64,000 nt of DNA from an uncultured delta proteobacterium (GTDB lineage Bacteria > Desulfobacterota > Binatia > Binatales > Binataceae): NCBI GenBank assembly GCA_963724765.1, contig CAVRVY010000003.1, forward strand, positions 960,001 to 1,024,000. The letters run 5' to 3'. A program made the position numbers and the translations under genes. The notes below the pieces were generated by a model. That model worked only from the letters and a program-made list of their open reading frames with translations. It made no database searches and was not told the origin of the DNA. Each line of letters begins with the position of its first letter. Positions within the stretch are counted from its first letter, which is position 1. Shown one piece after another: positions 40,045 to 48,385 of this stretch.

Positions 40045-42396
40045 ATGCGTGACCGCGACCTGCGAGTGCTCGAGTTCCACAAGGTGATCGGATTGGTGGC
40101 CGCGCTAGCGACTTCCGAGCCCGGCCGCCGCGCCGTGGAAATGCTGAGGCCCTCGGGCGACCCCGCCGCGGTCGCCGTGCGGCTTCGCGTGACGGCCGAG
40201 ATGGTGTCGCTGCGCGCGCACGCCGGCGCTCTTCCGCTGCAGGAGTTCGCCGACCAGCGCGAAATCCTGCTCGCCGCCGCGCGCGAGGGCGCCGTGCTCG
40301 ACGGCGTCTCGCTGCTCAAGGTGCGCGACTTCGTGCTCGCGGCGCGCCACGTCGCGGCCTTCATGCGCTCGCGCGTGGAGCCCTATCCGCATCTCGCGGC
40401 GGCGGCGCAGAACCTGGCCGCGCCCAAGGAGTTGGCCGACGCGCTGCTCGGCGCGCTGGCCGAGGACGGCGGCCTGCTCGACGAGGCGAGTCCACAACTT
40501 TTGCGCCTGCGCAATCGGCTCCGCGCCGAGCGGGTCGAGCTCGAGGCGCGTCTGGCGCGCTCGCTCAACGCGTCGGGGATGGAGCCGTTCGTCTCCGATC
40601 ACCTGGTCACCGTACGCAATCATCGCTTCGTCCTGCCGCTCAAGCTTAACTACGCCGAGCGGCTGGAGGGAATCGTGCAGGACCGCTCGGTCTCGGGCGA
40701 GACGCTGTTCGTCGAACCGATGTGGGCGGTCGAGCTCGACAACCGCCTGATGATGCTCGAGCGCGAGGTCGAGGCCGAGGAGCGGCGCATCCTGGCGCAT
40801 CTGACCGCGATGATCCGCGGTTACGGCGCCGAACTGCGGCTGACGTTCGAGGCGATGGTCGCGCTCGACGCGCTTAATGCGCGCGCGATTTTCGCCGAGC
40901 GCCTGCGCTGCGTCGAACCGGTGCTCGGCGAATTCGAAGCGAGCGGCCTCGAACTCGTCGAGGCGCGCCATCCGCTGCTGATTGCCGGCGGGCGCGACGT
41001 CGTCCCGATCGATGTTCGGATCGCCGCCGGCCTACACGGCATCGTGATCTCCGGCCCCAACACGGGCGGCAAAACCGTCGCGCTCAAGACCATCGGGCTG
41101 CTCGCCCTGATGGCGCAAACCGGCCTGCTCATCCCGGCGCGCGAGGGCAGCCGCATCATCGTCTTTCGCTCCATCTTCGCCGATATCGGCGACGAACAAT
41201 CGATCGAGGCGAGTCTCTCCAGCTTCGCCGCGCATATCGCCAACCTGAGCGCGATGGCCGCCGCGCTCCAGGAGCCGGCGCTAGTCATTCTTGACGAGCC
41301 CGGCGAAGGCACCGACCCGGTCGAGGGCGCCGCGCTCGCGATTGGCTTGATGACTTACCTGGGGCGGCGGCGATGCCTGGTCGCGATTGCGACTCACTCC
41401 GCCGCGATCAAGCTTCATGCTTACTCGCGCGCGGGCTTCGAGGCCTCCGCCGTCGATTTCGACGCCGAGAACCTCCAGCCGCTCTATCGCCTCAAGCCCC
41501 ACACGATTGGCCAGAGCTACGGCCTCGCCGTGGCCGAGCGCCTGGGCCTGCCGGTTGAAATTGTGAGCGCCGCGCGCGAGGCGATGCCGGCCGGTGCGGC
41601 CGAAGTGGAGCGCGTGCTTAGTCTGCTCGAGGCCGAGCGCGAGGAGGTTCGCGTCGAAGCCGAACGCCTGCGTACCGAGCAGCAGCGCGCCGTCGAACTC
41701 GTGGCCGAGGCGCAGGAAGCGGCGCGCCGCGGGCGCGCGCGTATCGAGACCGAGCGCGAACGCGTCGTGGCCGAGGGCAAATCGCTAATCGCGGAACTGC
41801 GGCGCGAAAGCGCGACGCTCGCCGACGAAGTAAGGGCGGGGCGCAAGGCGCAGCGGGAGCTTGGCTCGATGCTCGGGCGGGCGGCGGAGCGGGTCGGGCA
41901 GATGGCGCCGAGCGCCGCCGAAGGCGCTGGCGAAGGCGGCGCGGCGCGTGAACCGCTCAAGGTTGGCGACCGCGTCGAGTTCGGCGATATCCAGGGCGAG
42001 CTTATCGCGTTGGACTCGGGACGCGCCGTCGTGAGCCGCGGCGGACTGCGCATCGAGGTCGCACCGGAAAGACTGCGCCGCGCGCAGAGCCGAAGTGCGG
42101 AGCGCGGCGCGCCCAAGGTCACGGTCAGCGCCGGGCCGGGTCCCGACGGCGGAGACAGCGAGCTTAATCTGATCGGGATGCGCACCGCAGACGCGCTCCG
42201 GCGGCTGGAGGAGTTCCTCGACCAAGCCTACCTGACCAACCGCGCCGAGGTGCGAATCGTGCATGGGATCGGCTCGGGCGCGCTCAAGAAGGCAGTCCAC
42301 GAATATCTGAGCGACTCGCCCTACTGCGCGGGCTTCCATCAGGCCGACCCGCATCGCGGCGGCGCCGGCGCCACAGTGGTCCAGCTCAATCTGTAA
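40045..42396 (+). CDS. mutS2: MutS2 (ATPase + coiled coil + KOW + Smr)
   Basis: ISGPNTGGKT, ADIGDEQSI, LDEPGEGTDP, ATH and Smr HGIGSG. Confidence 0.93.
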   Translation: MRDRDLRVLEFHKVIGLVAALATSEPGRRAVEMLRPSGDPAAVAVRLRVTAEMVSLRAHAGALPLQEFADQREILLAAAREGAVLDGVSLLKVRDFVLAARHVAAFMRSRVEPYPHLAAAAQNLAAPKELADALLGALAEDGGLLDEASPQLLRLRNRLRAERVELEARLARSLNASGMEPFVSDHLVTVRNHRFVLPLKLNYAERLEGIVQDRSVSGETLFVEPMWAVELDNRLMMLEREVEAEERRILAHLTAMIRGYGAELRLTFEAMVALDALNARAIFAERLRCVEPVLGEFEASGLELVEARHPLLIAGGRDVVPIDVRIAAGLHGIVISGPNTGGKTVALKTIGLLALMAQTGLLIPAREGSRIIVFRSIFADIGDEQSIEASLSSFAAHIANLSAMAAALQEPALVILDEPGEGTDPVEGAALAIGLMTYLGRRRCLVAIATHSAAIKLHAYSRAGFEASAVDFDAENLQPLYRLKPHTIGQSYGLAVAERLGLPVEIVSAAREAMPAGAAEVERVLSLLEAEREEVRVEAERLRTEQQRAVELVAEAQEAARRGRARIETERERVVAEGKSLIAELRRESATLADEVRAGRKAQRELGSMLGRAAERVGQMAPSAAEGAGEGGAAREPLKVGDRVEFGDIQGELIALDSGRAVVSRGGLRIEVAPERLRRAQSRSAERGAPKVTVSAGPGPDGGDSELNLIGMRTADALRRLEEFLDQAYLTNRAEVRIVHGIGSGALKKAVHEYLSDSPYCAGFHQADPHRGGAGATVVQLNL

Positions 42397-42531
42397 CCCG
42401 GCTGTTACTCGGCCGCGCATCTCTTACCCTCTAAAAACGCGCCGATTGGTTCCCGGCTTTCTGCCGTCCTCCACAAACGTCGTGTACTCGATTGGCGAAA
42501 GCGTGCGGGCTCGCAAAAACTTAAAAAAAGG

Positions 42532-42547
42532 AGTACAGCTCTGTACT
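42532..42547. promoter_or_regulatory. Inverted repeat AGTACAG-CT-CTGTACT, probable operator of the MerR-type regulator
   Basis: Perfect 7-bp arms ending 8 nt before the ATG at 42556, in an A-rich promoter region. Confidence 0.6.
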
Positions 42548-42555
42548 AGATCTTT

Positions 42556-43056
42556 ATGGCAGAACAACACTTTGGGATCGGTAAAGCCGCCCACCTCAGC
42601 AAACTAGGGCGAGCAATGGTCGATTACCTCTGCCGCTCCAACGTCCTCGTGCCCTCCAAGGGCCCGCACCCGGGCCGGGGTAAGGGTCGCCAGTACAGTT
42701 TCGGTGACGTGGTGATGTTACGGGCGCTGAGCCACCTGCTGAAATCCGGCATATCTGTCGCTAAACTGAAGAAAGCGCTCGGAACACTGCGAGCCAGACA
42801 TCACGAGATTACCCTGGAGAAAGCCCCGAAGTATCTCGTTACCGACGGAACTCGGGTTTATTTCGATGACGGCGGGAACGCGGTCGAAGAGCTTTCGGCA
42901 AACGGCCAGATGGTGTTTGCGTTTATCATAAAGTTGAGTCAGGTTCGCGATGATGTGACGAAAGCTCTAAGCAGGTCCGAGACTACCGCGCACCGCAATC
43001 AGGCTGCGAACATACGCTCAGGTCGACGCCGCTCTCTCAACAAGGGCGCGAACTAG
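42556..43056 (+). CDS. MerR-family HTH regulator (Rv1830/McdR-like C-terminal region)
   Basis: wHTH FGIGKAAHLS..VDYL..GRGKGRQYSFGDV..LLKSGISV; C-terminal LVTDG.RVY...GQMVF. Confidence 0.8.
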   Translation: MAEQHFGIGKAAHLSKLGRAMVDYLCRSNVLVPSKGPHPGRGKGRQYSFGDVVMLRALSHLLKSGISVAKLKKALGTLRARHHEITLEKAPKYLVTDGTRVYFDDGGNAVEELSANGQMVFAFIIKLSQVRDDVTKALSRSETTAHRNQAANIRSGRRRSLNKGAN

Positions 43057-43093
43057 TCTCCATCGCAGAAGTACCGACAATGGGGAGCACGTT

Positions 43094-43744
43094 ATGGTCT
43101 CGCAACAAGCGCTCGAAAAGGTCATGCAACTCTCGAACGCCACTTCCGGTCCTGACGGTCCGCGTGCAATCACCGTCCAAGAGCAGCTTCTCGCTCTGCA
43201 ATGGGCTCAGCTCAAACATGATGAGCTCTATCACAAGGAGATCACTCTTCTTCCCGTCGCCGATCGGATGAAGCATTTTGCCCTGCACATGGCGAAGTAC
43301 CTTGGTTATTTCGCCGAGGCCATCGATGCCGACAGCGACCGCTTTGAGCGGACGTTGGTCGACGCCTTCATCATTACGCTGGCGTCCGCGAACACGCTTA
43401 ACTTCGATCTCGGCAAAGCCCTCGGCTGGCAAGAAAATACAGCGCCAGTAAATTTCAAAGCGTTTGGCATTGAACTGGCGACACAGTGCTTCCCTCGAGG
43501 TGAGGATAAGACCTGGTTTCTAAAACAATTTGCTCGCCACTGCGGTCGGCTGGCCAAGGCTTGCGAATCGCTCGATCATGTCGAAAGCCACCCCTTTCGA
43601 GAGGCGATGCTCGCAAGCGTTCTAGATATGTTCAAACTCCTTGTCGCAGAAGGCACGGTTCATCAGATTGATCTTGTCAACAGAGCGAGGGAGCGCCTCC
43701 GTAGCGTGGAAACGAAGAACATCTTTTACAGCTACTATAAGTAG
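43094..43744 (+). CDS. Hypothetical protein, probable tandem all-alpha NTP-pyrophosphohydrolase (MazG-like) fold with degenerate acidic motifs
   Basis: Two helical repeats: LQWAQ..HD..H / LHMAKYLG..AEA / TLVDAFIITLASANTLNFDL, and HCGRLAKACE / VLDMF...IDL...RL. Fold call is pattern-based. Confidence 0.55.
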   Translation: MVSQQALEKVMQLSNATSGPDGPRAITVQEQLLALQWAQLKHDELYHKEITLLPVADRMKHFALHMAKYLGYFAEAIDADSDRFERTLVDAFIITLASANTLNFDLGKALGWQENTAPVNFKAFGIELATQCFPRGEDKTWFLKQFARHCGRLAKACESLDHVESHPFREAMLASVLDMFKLLVAEGTVHQIDLVNRARERLRSVETKNIFYSYYK

Positions 43745-43758
43745 CATCGGTAGACCGG

Positions 43759-44646
43759 ATGGCTTTCTGGAGCGGCGAGACTCTTCTCGACAAATTGCCG
43801 GGGCTGATTACTCCGTTCAACCCAGACAATATTGATTGCGCCTCATATACTCTGACGATCGGCCGCGAAATATACGTATCTCCGACCGAAGAAACGCCCG
43901 ATCCGAAATCCACGACAAAGAAGCTACTTGGGTCAGGTGAAGCTTTCTGCATTCCACCCGGGCAATTTGCATTTCTAGTGACCGAGGAGATCGTCACAAT
44001 TCCGCGCAATGCGATCGGACTGATTTCAATGAGGGCTAAGATCAAGTTCAAAGGCTTGGTCAACGTCTCAGGTTTCCACGTTGATCCCGGGTATAGAGGG
44101 CAGCTAACGTATTCCGTTTTTAATGCTGGACCTGCGACGGTCCATTTGGAACAGGGCGAGTCATGCTTTCTGATCTGGTATGCCTACCTCGACCGTGAAT
44201 CTGACAAGGTTAAGAATGATCCCATTCAGAGAGGCTTAAATCCGGACCGCATCAACAGCATTTCGGGTGAACTTCATTCTCTAGAGGCATTAGCGAAGAG
44301 CATTAAGTCTGCTGAGCTGTCATTTACCGACCGTCTGCATAGTCTCGATCAGACTCTCGCCGAGCGGCAACATCGTCTCGAGCAGTCAGTTGGCGAACGT
44401 ATGCATGCTGTCGAAAGCACTCAATCCTACTACAATGCGGTAACGTACATTGGAATTGCGATAGTAGCGGTGATCGTTGGTGCCTCTTTGGATAATTTCT
44501 TCCGTTCGCCATCTCCACCAGTGCAACTGGTGGTTCCGTCTACAGGCGCTGTCGCCGTGGTTCCATCCCCCAGTGTTCTCGCCTTGCCGTCCGCACACCC
44601 CCAACTTACGCAAGCTCCGCATTCTACCCCGTCAAACAGCAAGTGA
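43759..44646 (+). CDS. dCTP deaminase/dUTPase-fold protein with C-terminal coiled coil, TM helix and Pro/Ser tail
   Basis: ASYTLTIG, IPPGQF..LVTEE, HVDPGYRG..FNAG; TM segment AVTYIGIAIVAVIVGASL. Confidence 0.85.
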   Translation: MAFWSGETLLDKLPGLITPFNPDNIDCASYTLTIGREIYVSPTEETPDPKSTTKKLLGSGEAFCIPPGQFAFLVTEEIVTIPRNAIGLISMRAKIKFKGLVNVSGFHVDPGYRGQLTYSVFNAGPATVHLEQGESCFLIWYAYLDRESDKVKNDPIQRGLNPDRINSISGELHSLEALAKSIKSAELSFTDRLHSLDQTLAERQHRLEQSVGERMHAVESTQSYYNAVTYIGIAIVAVIVGASLDNFFRSPSPPVQLVVPSTGAVAVVPSPSVLALPSAHPQLTQAPHSTPSNSK

Positions 44647-45674
44647 CCCGAGACGCTCTTCTCGAGAAGTATGCAGTGGTGACTCCGACCTATACGCCTG
44701 TGTTCGATAACTATTGGCAGTTCGCGGTTGAGCGCCAAGAGATGTTCTATCGTCGCCTCAACCATCCGATCGGGCCGTGGACCGACGACACCATTCTTCG
44801 CTCCTATCGGTTCACAAACGCGTATCGCGCCTCAGATCGCGTTAGCCAATATCTCATCCGAGAGGTCCAGTATCGGTCAGATCGGCTGCAATCGCCGCCG
44901 GAGCTGTTTTTTCGGACGTTGCTGTTCAAGATTTTTAACCGAATCGAGACTTGGGATGAAATCGAACGTGAGGTGGGTCCGGTTCTTTGGGAAAGAATCG
45001 ACCTTAACGTCATAGCGCGTGCGCTCGGATCGATGATGCAGCGCGGCATACCCGTCTACTCTGGAGCTTACATAATGCCCGCGCCACCGTTCGGCCGAAG
45101 CAGAAAGCACGAGAATCATCTCGCCCTTCTCGCGCGCATGATGGACGACAGGCTACCTGATCATCTGGAACGGGCCACCTCACTCAGACAAGTCTACGAA
45201 GCCCTGCTTGCGTACCCCGGAATTGGCTCCTTTCTCGCGTTCCAATACACGATCGATCTCAACTATTCGCTCCTCCTCAATTTCAGCGAGGGCGATTTCG
45301 TCGTCGCCGGACCCGGCGCGCTTGACGGTATCGCCAAGTGCTTCGAGAGCATTGGGAAAGCTGCTCCCGAAGATATCATCTCCTGGACCGCGGAGCGTCA
45401 GGACGCCGAATTCGCGCGACTCGGCCTGAGGTTTCAGGACTTATTCGGGCGTCCGCTCCAGCCCATCGACTGTCAGAACATTTATTGCGAAATCGCCAAG
45501 TACGCTCGTGTGTCGCATCCAGAGCTTGCCGGAGTCTCCGGCAGACGGCGTATCAAGCAAAAATTCCATCCAAATCCTCGCCCGATCCCGCCGCTCATGT
45601 ACCCGCCAAAATGGGGCCTCGCAGTTTCCGCGGAAATTGACAGGCGCGGGTCTGACCTGCGGGCCGGTTTCTGA
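44643..45674 (+). CDS. aGPT-Pplase1 (alpha-glutamyl/putrescinyl-thymine pyrophosphorylase clade 1; amino acid:DNA transferase-like, HhH-glycosylase-related) protein
   Basis: YWQFAVERQ..FYRR...PWTDD.IL..YRFTN.YR..DRVSQ, FKIFN, YSGAY, HhH-like YPGIGSFLAFQYTIDLNY, GPGALDGI, DCQNIYCEIAKY. GTGA overlap with the previous gene. Confidence 0.8.
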   Translation: MTRDALLEKYAVVTPTYTPVFDNYWQFAVERQEMFYRRLNHPIGPWTDDTILRSYRFTNAYRASDRVSQYLIREVQYRSDRLQSPPELFFRTLLFKIFNRIETWDEIEREVGPVLWERIDLNVIARALGSMMQRGIPVYSGAYIMPAPPFGRSRKHENHLALLARMMDDRLPDHLERATSLRQVYEALLAYPGIGSFLAFQYTIDLNYSLLLNFSEGDFVVAGPGALDGIAKCFESIGKAAPEDIISWTAERQDAEFARLGLRFQDLFGRPLQPIDCQNIYCEIAKYARVSHPELAGVSGRRRIKQKFHPNPRPIPPLMYPPKWGLAVSAEIDRRGSDLRAGF

Positions 45675-45681
45675 CGCCGAA

Positions 45682-48174
45682 CTAGTGGAACAGTTTATTC
45701 AGCGCACCGCCTAGCGGGTTGCTGCTCGAGGACCCGTTCTTGGAATTGCCGCCGAGGAATTTGTTGAGTAAGCTGCCCGCCTTCTTCTGCATCAGATGCC
45801 CGGCGGCGCGCTGAGCCAGGAACTGGATGTCCGGCTGCACCGAGGGCTTGGGCAACTGTCCGCTAATTCGCACCGGGATATCGATCTGCTTTTGATCGTT
45901 GGCCAGGTAAACCACGTTCTTTTTCTGGGACATCAGCTCGCCGCTCAGCTCCTTCGACAGCAGAAGATGCGCGTTCATGTCGATGTTCTTGTCCAGGTCG
46001 AACCATCCGTCGGCCAGCGCACTGTAATCGGGCGTCGACGCCTTGATGTCGTGCGAGGTGATTTTGGGCCCCTGGATCACACACGTCAGGCTTAACTCGG
46101 TCAGATTGGTGTCGGGCGAATTGAACAGCGTGGGATGACGCGCGACGATCGACGGCGTAATCAGCGTATTGATGCCCGGCAGGCCCTGCACTTTGCGCAT
46201 CGCCTGCGCGGCGATGTTGACGCCGATGAGCTTGCCGTTGGCGACCGCCATCTGGCCGTTGCCGCTAAGCGTCGGCTTGATCTTGTCAAAGGTGGCGCCG
46301 CGGCCTTCCACGCGCACCTGCCCCGTCAACTGCCCGCGTACCGTGTCGGCGGCCTTGGATTTCTGCGATACCAGCGCCTGTTGCAGGTCGATCCCGTGGA
46401 GATTCAGCCCCACATTGAAGACCGGCTCGGCGCCGAGCGTGGCCCGCGCGTTGCCGTCGAGCGTACCGCTGAAAGCTGCCACCTTGAGCGAGCTGATAGT
46501 CACGGCCTGCCCGCCATAAGTCGCGTCGACGGCGAGGTTGCGATACGCAATGTTTTGCGCAGTGCCGGAGGGCGACGTCACTCTCGCGGTCACCGTCGGC
46601 GCGGAAGTGCTGCCCCGGACCGTGCCTTTGACCGCCAGTTGGTCGAGGTGGTCGGCCGCCGTCCCGGGCTTGGGATTGGCGGTCAGCTCGGCCGGCTTCA
46701 CCACGTCGGCGCCGAAATCATAGCTCGCGACTATCGGCTGAATCGATTGCGCGTTGACCGTCAGCCTGGCGTGGCCCGATCCGAGGTTGAACGCCAACGG
46801 ACCCGCCACGGCGCTCTTGCCCGCCATCTTGATGTCGCCGCTGAGTCCGCCCACGATCGCGCGCTTGCCCGGCGGCGTGACGGTCACCGAGGCCAGGGTC
46901 ACGACGCCGTTTACCTCGGGCCGCTTTTGCACCAATTTGACCAGGGCATGAATCTCGGCCTTGCCCGAGGCATTGTACTTGCTGAGCGCGACCAGCATCT
47001 TGCCCATCGAGGCGAGGTCGAACCGATTGCTGTCCACCCGCGCACTGAGGTTCTGGCCGAGCTGAATCTGTCCAGCCTTGAGATTGAGGTCGCCGAGCAC
47101 GAGCGTCGCGCTCTGGATTTCGACCTGCGGCCCCGCTCGGCTGTCTTTTCGCGTTCCGACGGCCGCGAGCTTGAGCGGCACGCCCTCCGCCTTATCGAGC
47201 ACGCCGGTGTATATGACCTGGTTGCCGGTCAGGTCGGTCGTGAGGTTAAACGCTATCGTTTGGATAGTGCCGTCAACCTTGGCGCTGGCCGTGACGGGAT
47301 TGGTCAGCTTGAGTTCCGGCGGCAGCGCCTTGGCAATTTGCGGCACCGCCTTGAGCTGGGCCATCGTGAACGGTCCAAGGTCTAGGCTGAACGCGAGCGG
47401 TATGGCGCTCATATCGATCGCGCCGTTGGTGATTAAAGGCCCGACCTTGCCGGTTAGCGAAAGATTTTTAGTCGTGCCCAGCGCCGCCAAGCTCAGCTTG
47501 ATGTCGACCGGCGTACTGACGCCAAGATTCTCGACGTCCAGGTTGACCGCGCTCACCGTGACCGGCGCCGCGCCCGCGTCCTGATAAACGATCGTGGCAT
47601 CCTCGACGGTCAGGCTCGAGATCGACACTTCGCCGAGCGCTCCCGCGCCCGCCGACGGTTGTCCCGGGGGCTGCGCCTCAGTAAGCGGAGCTGCCTTAAG
47701 CGGCCGCGTGCCGGTGGCCGCCGGCGGCGTGGCCGGCGTGGGGGCCACGGGCTCGCCAGTGGAGGATTTCTTCCCGAGGCTGCCGACGTTCAATTGGCCG
47801 CGCTGGTTGCGGATGATGTGCACGACGGGCTGCTTGAGCGATACCTGATCGATCTCGACGCGGCGGCTCAGCAACGGCATCAACGCGACCCGCGCATAGA
47901 CATCCGCGGCCTCCACGAACGGCGTCTGGGAGAAATTCGGGTCATCCGCGATCGTGACACCGCGGAGATCAGCGATCACGCCCCATCCGAGGCTTGCGTG
48001 GATGTCCTGAACGTCGACCTTGCGGCCGACCGCGTCGCTGGCCTTGGTCAGGATGAGGCCCCGCTGCTTCTGGATGATTCCGTTGAGGTTGAGCACGGCG
48101 TAGAACCCTACCGCGATCACGACCACCACGACGATGCCGACCACGATGATGACTGTCCGGATGAGCTTGCGCAT
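45682..48174 (-). CDS. AsmA-family protein
   Basis: N-terminal TM anchor, beta-rich body, and AsmA C-terminal pattern (LSGNG..A..NG.L.GVN; IPVRISGQLPKP). Confidence 0.85.
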   Translation of the reverse strand: MRKLIRTVIIVVGIVVVVVIAVGFYAVLNLNGIIQKQRGLILTKASDAVGRKVDVQDIHASLGWGVIADLRGVTIADDPNFSQTPFVEAADVYARVALMPLLSRRVEIDQVSLKQPVVHIIRNQRGQLNVGSLGKKSSTGEPVAPTPATPPAATGTRPLKAAPLTEAQPPGQPSAGAGALGEVSISSLTVEDATIVYQDAGAAPVTVSAVNLDVENLGVSTPVDIKLSLAALGTTKNLSLTGKVGPLITNGAIDMSAIPLAFSLDLGPFTMAQLKAVPQIAKALPPELKLTNPVTASAKVDGTIQTIAFNLTTDLTGNQVIYTGVLDKAEGVPLKLAAVGTRKDSRAGPQVEIQSATLVLGDLNLKAGQIQLGQNLSARVDSNRFDLASMGKMLVALSKYNASGKAEIHALVKLVQKRPEVNGVVTLASVTVTPPGKRAIVGGLSGDIKMAGKSAVAGPLAFNLGSGHARLTVNAQSIQPIVASYDFGADVVKPAELTANPKPGTAADHLDQLAVKGTVRGSTSAPTVTARVTSPSGTAQNIAYRNLAVDATYGGQAVTISSLKVAAFSGTLDGNARATLGAEPVFNVGLNLHGIDLQQALVSQKSKAADTVRGQLTGQVRVEGRGATFDKIKPTLSGNGQMAVANGKLIGVNIAAQAMRKVQGLPGINTLITPSIVARHPTLFNSPDTNLTELSLTCVIQGPKITSHDIKASTPDYSALADGWFDLDKNIDMNAHLLLSKELSGELMSQKKNVVYLANDQKQIDIPVRISGQLPKPSVQPDIQFLAQRAAGHLMQKKAGSLLNKFLGGNSKNGSSSSNPLGGALNKLFH

Positions 48175-48385
48175 CACGAGATCCTTTCCCGCCCCGAGGA
48201 GAGTGTATTCTCCACCGAAGCGGGCGCTATGCCAACGCTGCGGCGGCTGTATGGCTCGGCCTTCTGTCGCGCGCGCGATTTTTTCAGGCCGGCCAGGGAG
48301 GCGGCATACCAGTGAAGCGGCATACGTCGTCGCGAGCGGCGCCATGATGCGTATCCTCGCAACAAACGGTAGGCTTTATTCTCAA

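Noticed and set aside
43759-44646. Assignment to the known anti-phage dCTP deaminase (AvcD-type)
   Set aside because: Those proteins are kinase + Zn-dependent CDA-fold enzymes; this one is trimeric dUTPase-fold with no HxE/PCxxC motif.
42450-45680. Possible att/target-site duplication flanking the four-gene cassette (CCGGCTTTCTGCCG vs CCGGTTTCTGACG)
   Set aside because: The similarity is short and imperfect, as expected by chance in GC-rich DNA, and there is no integrase.
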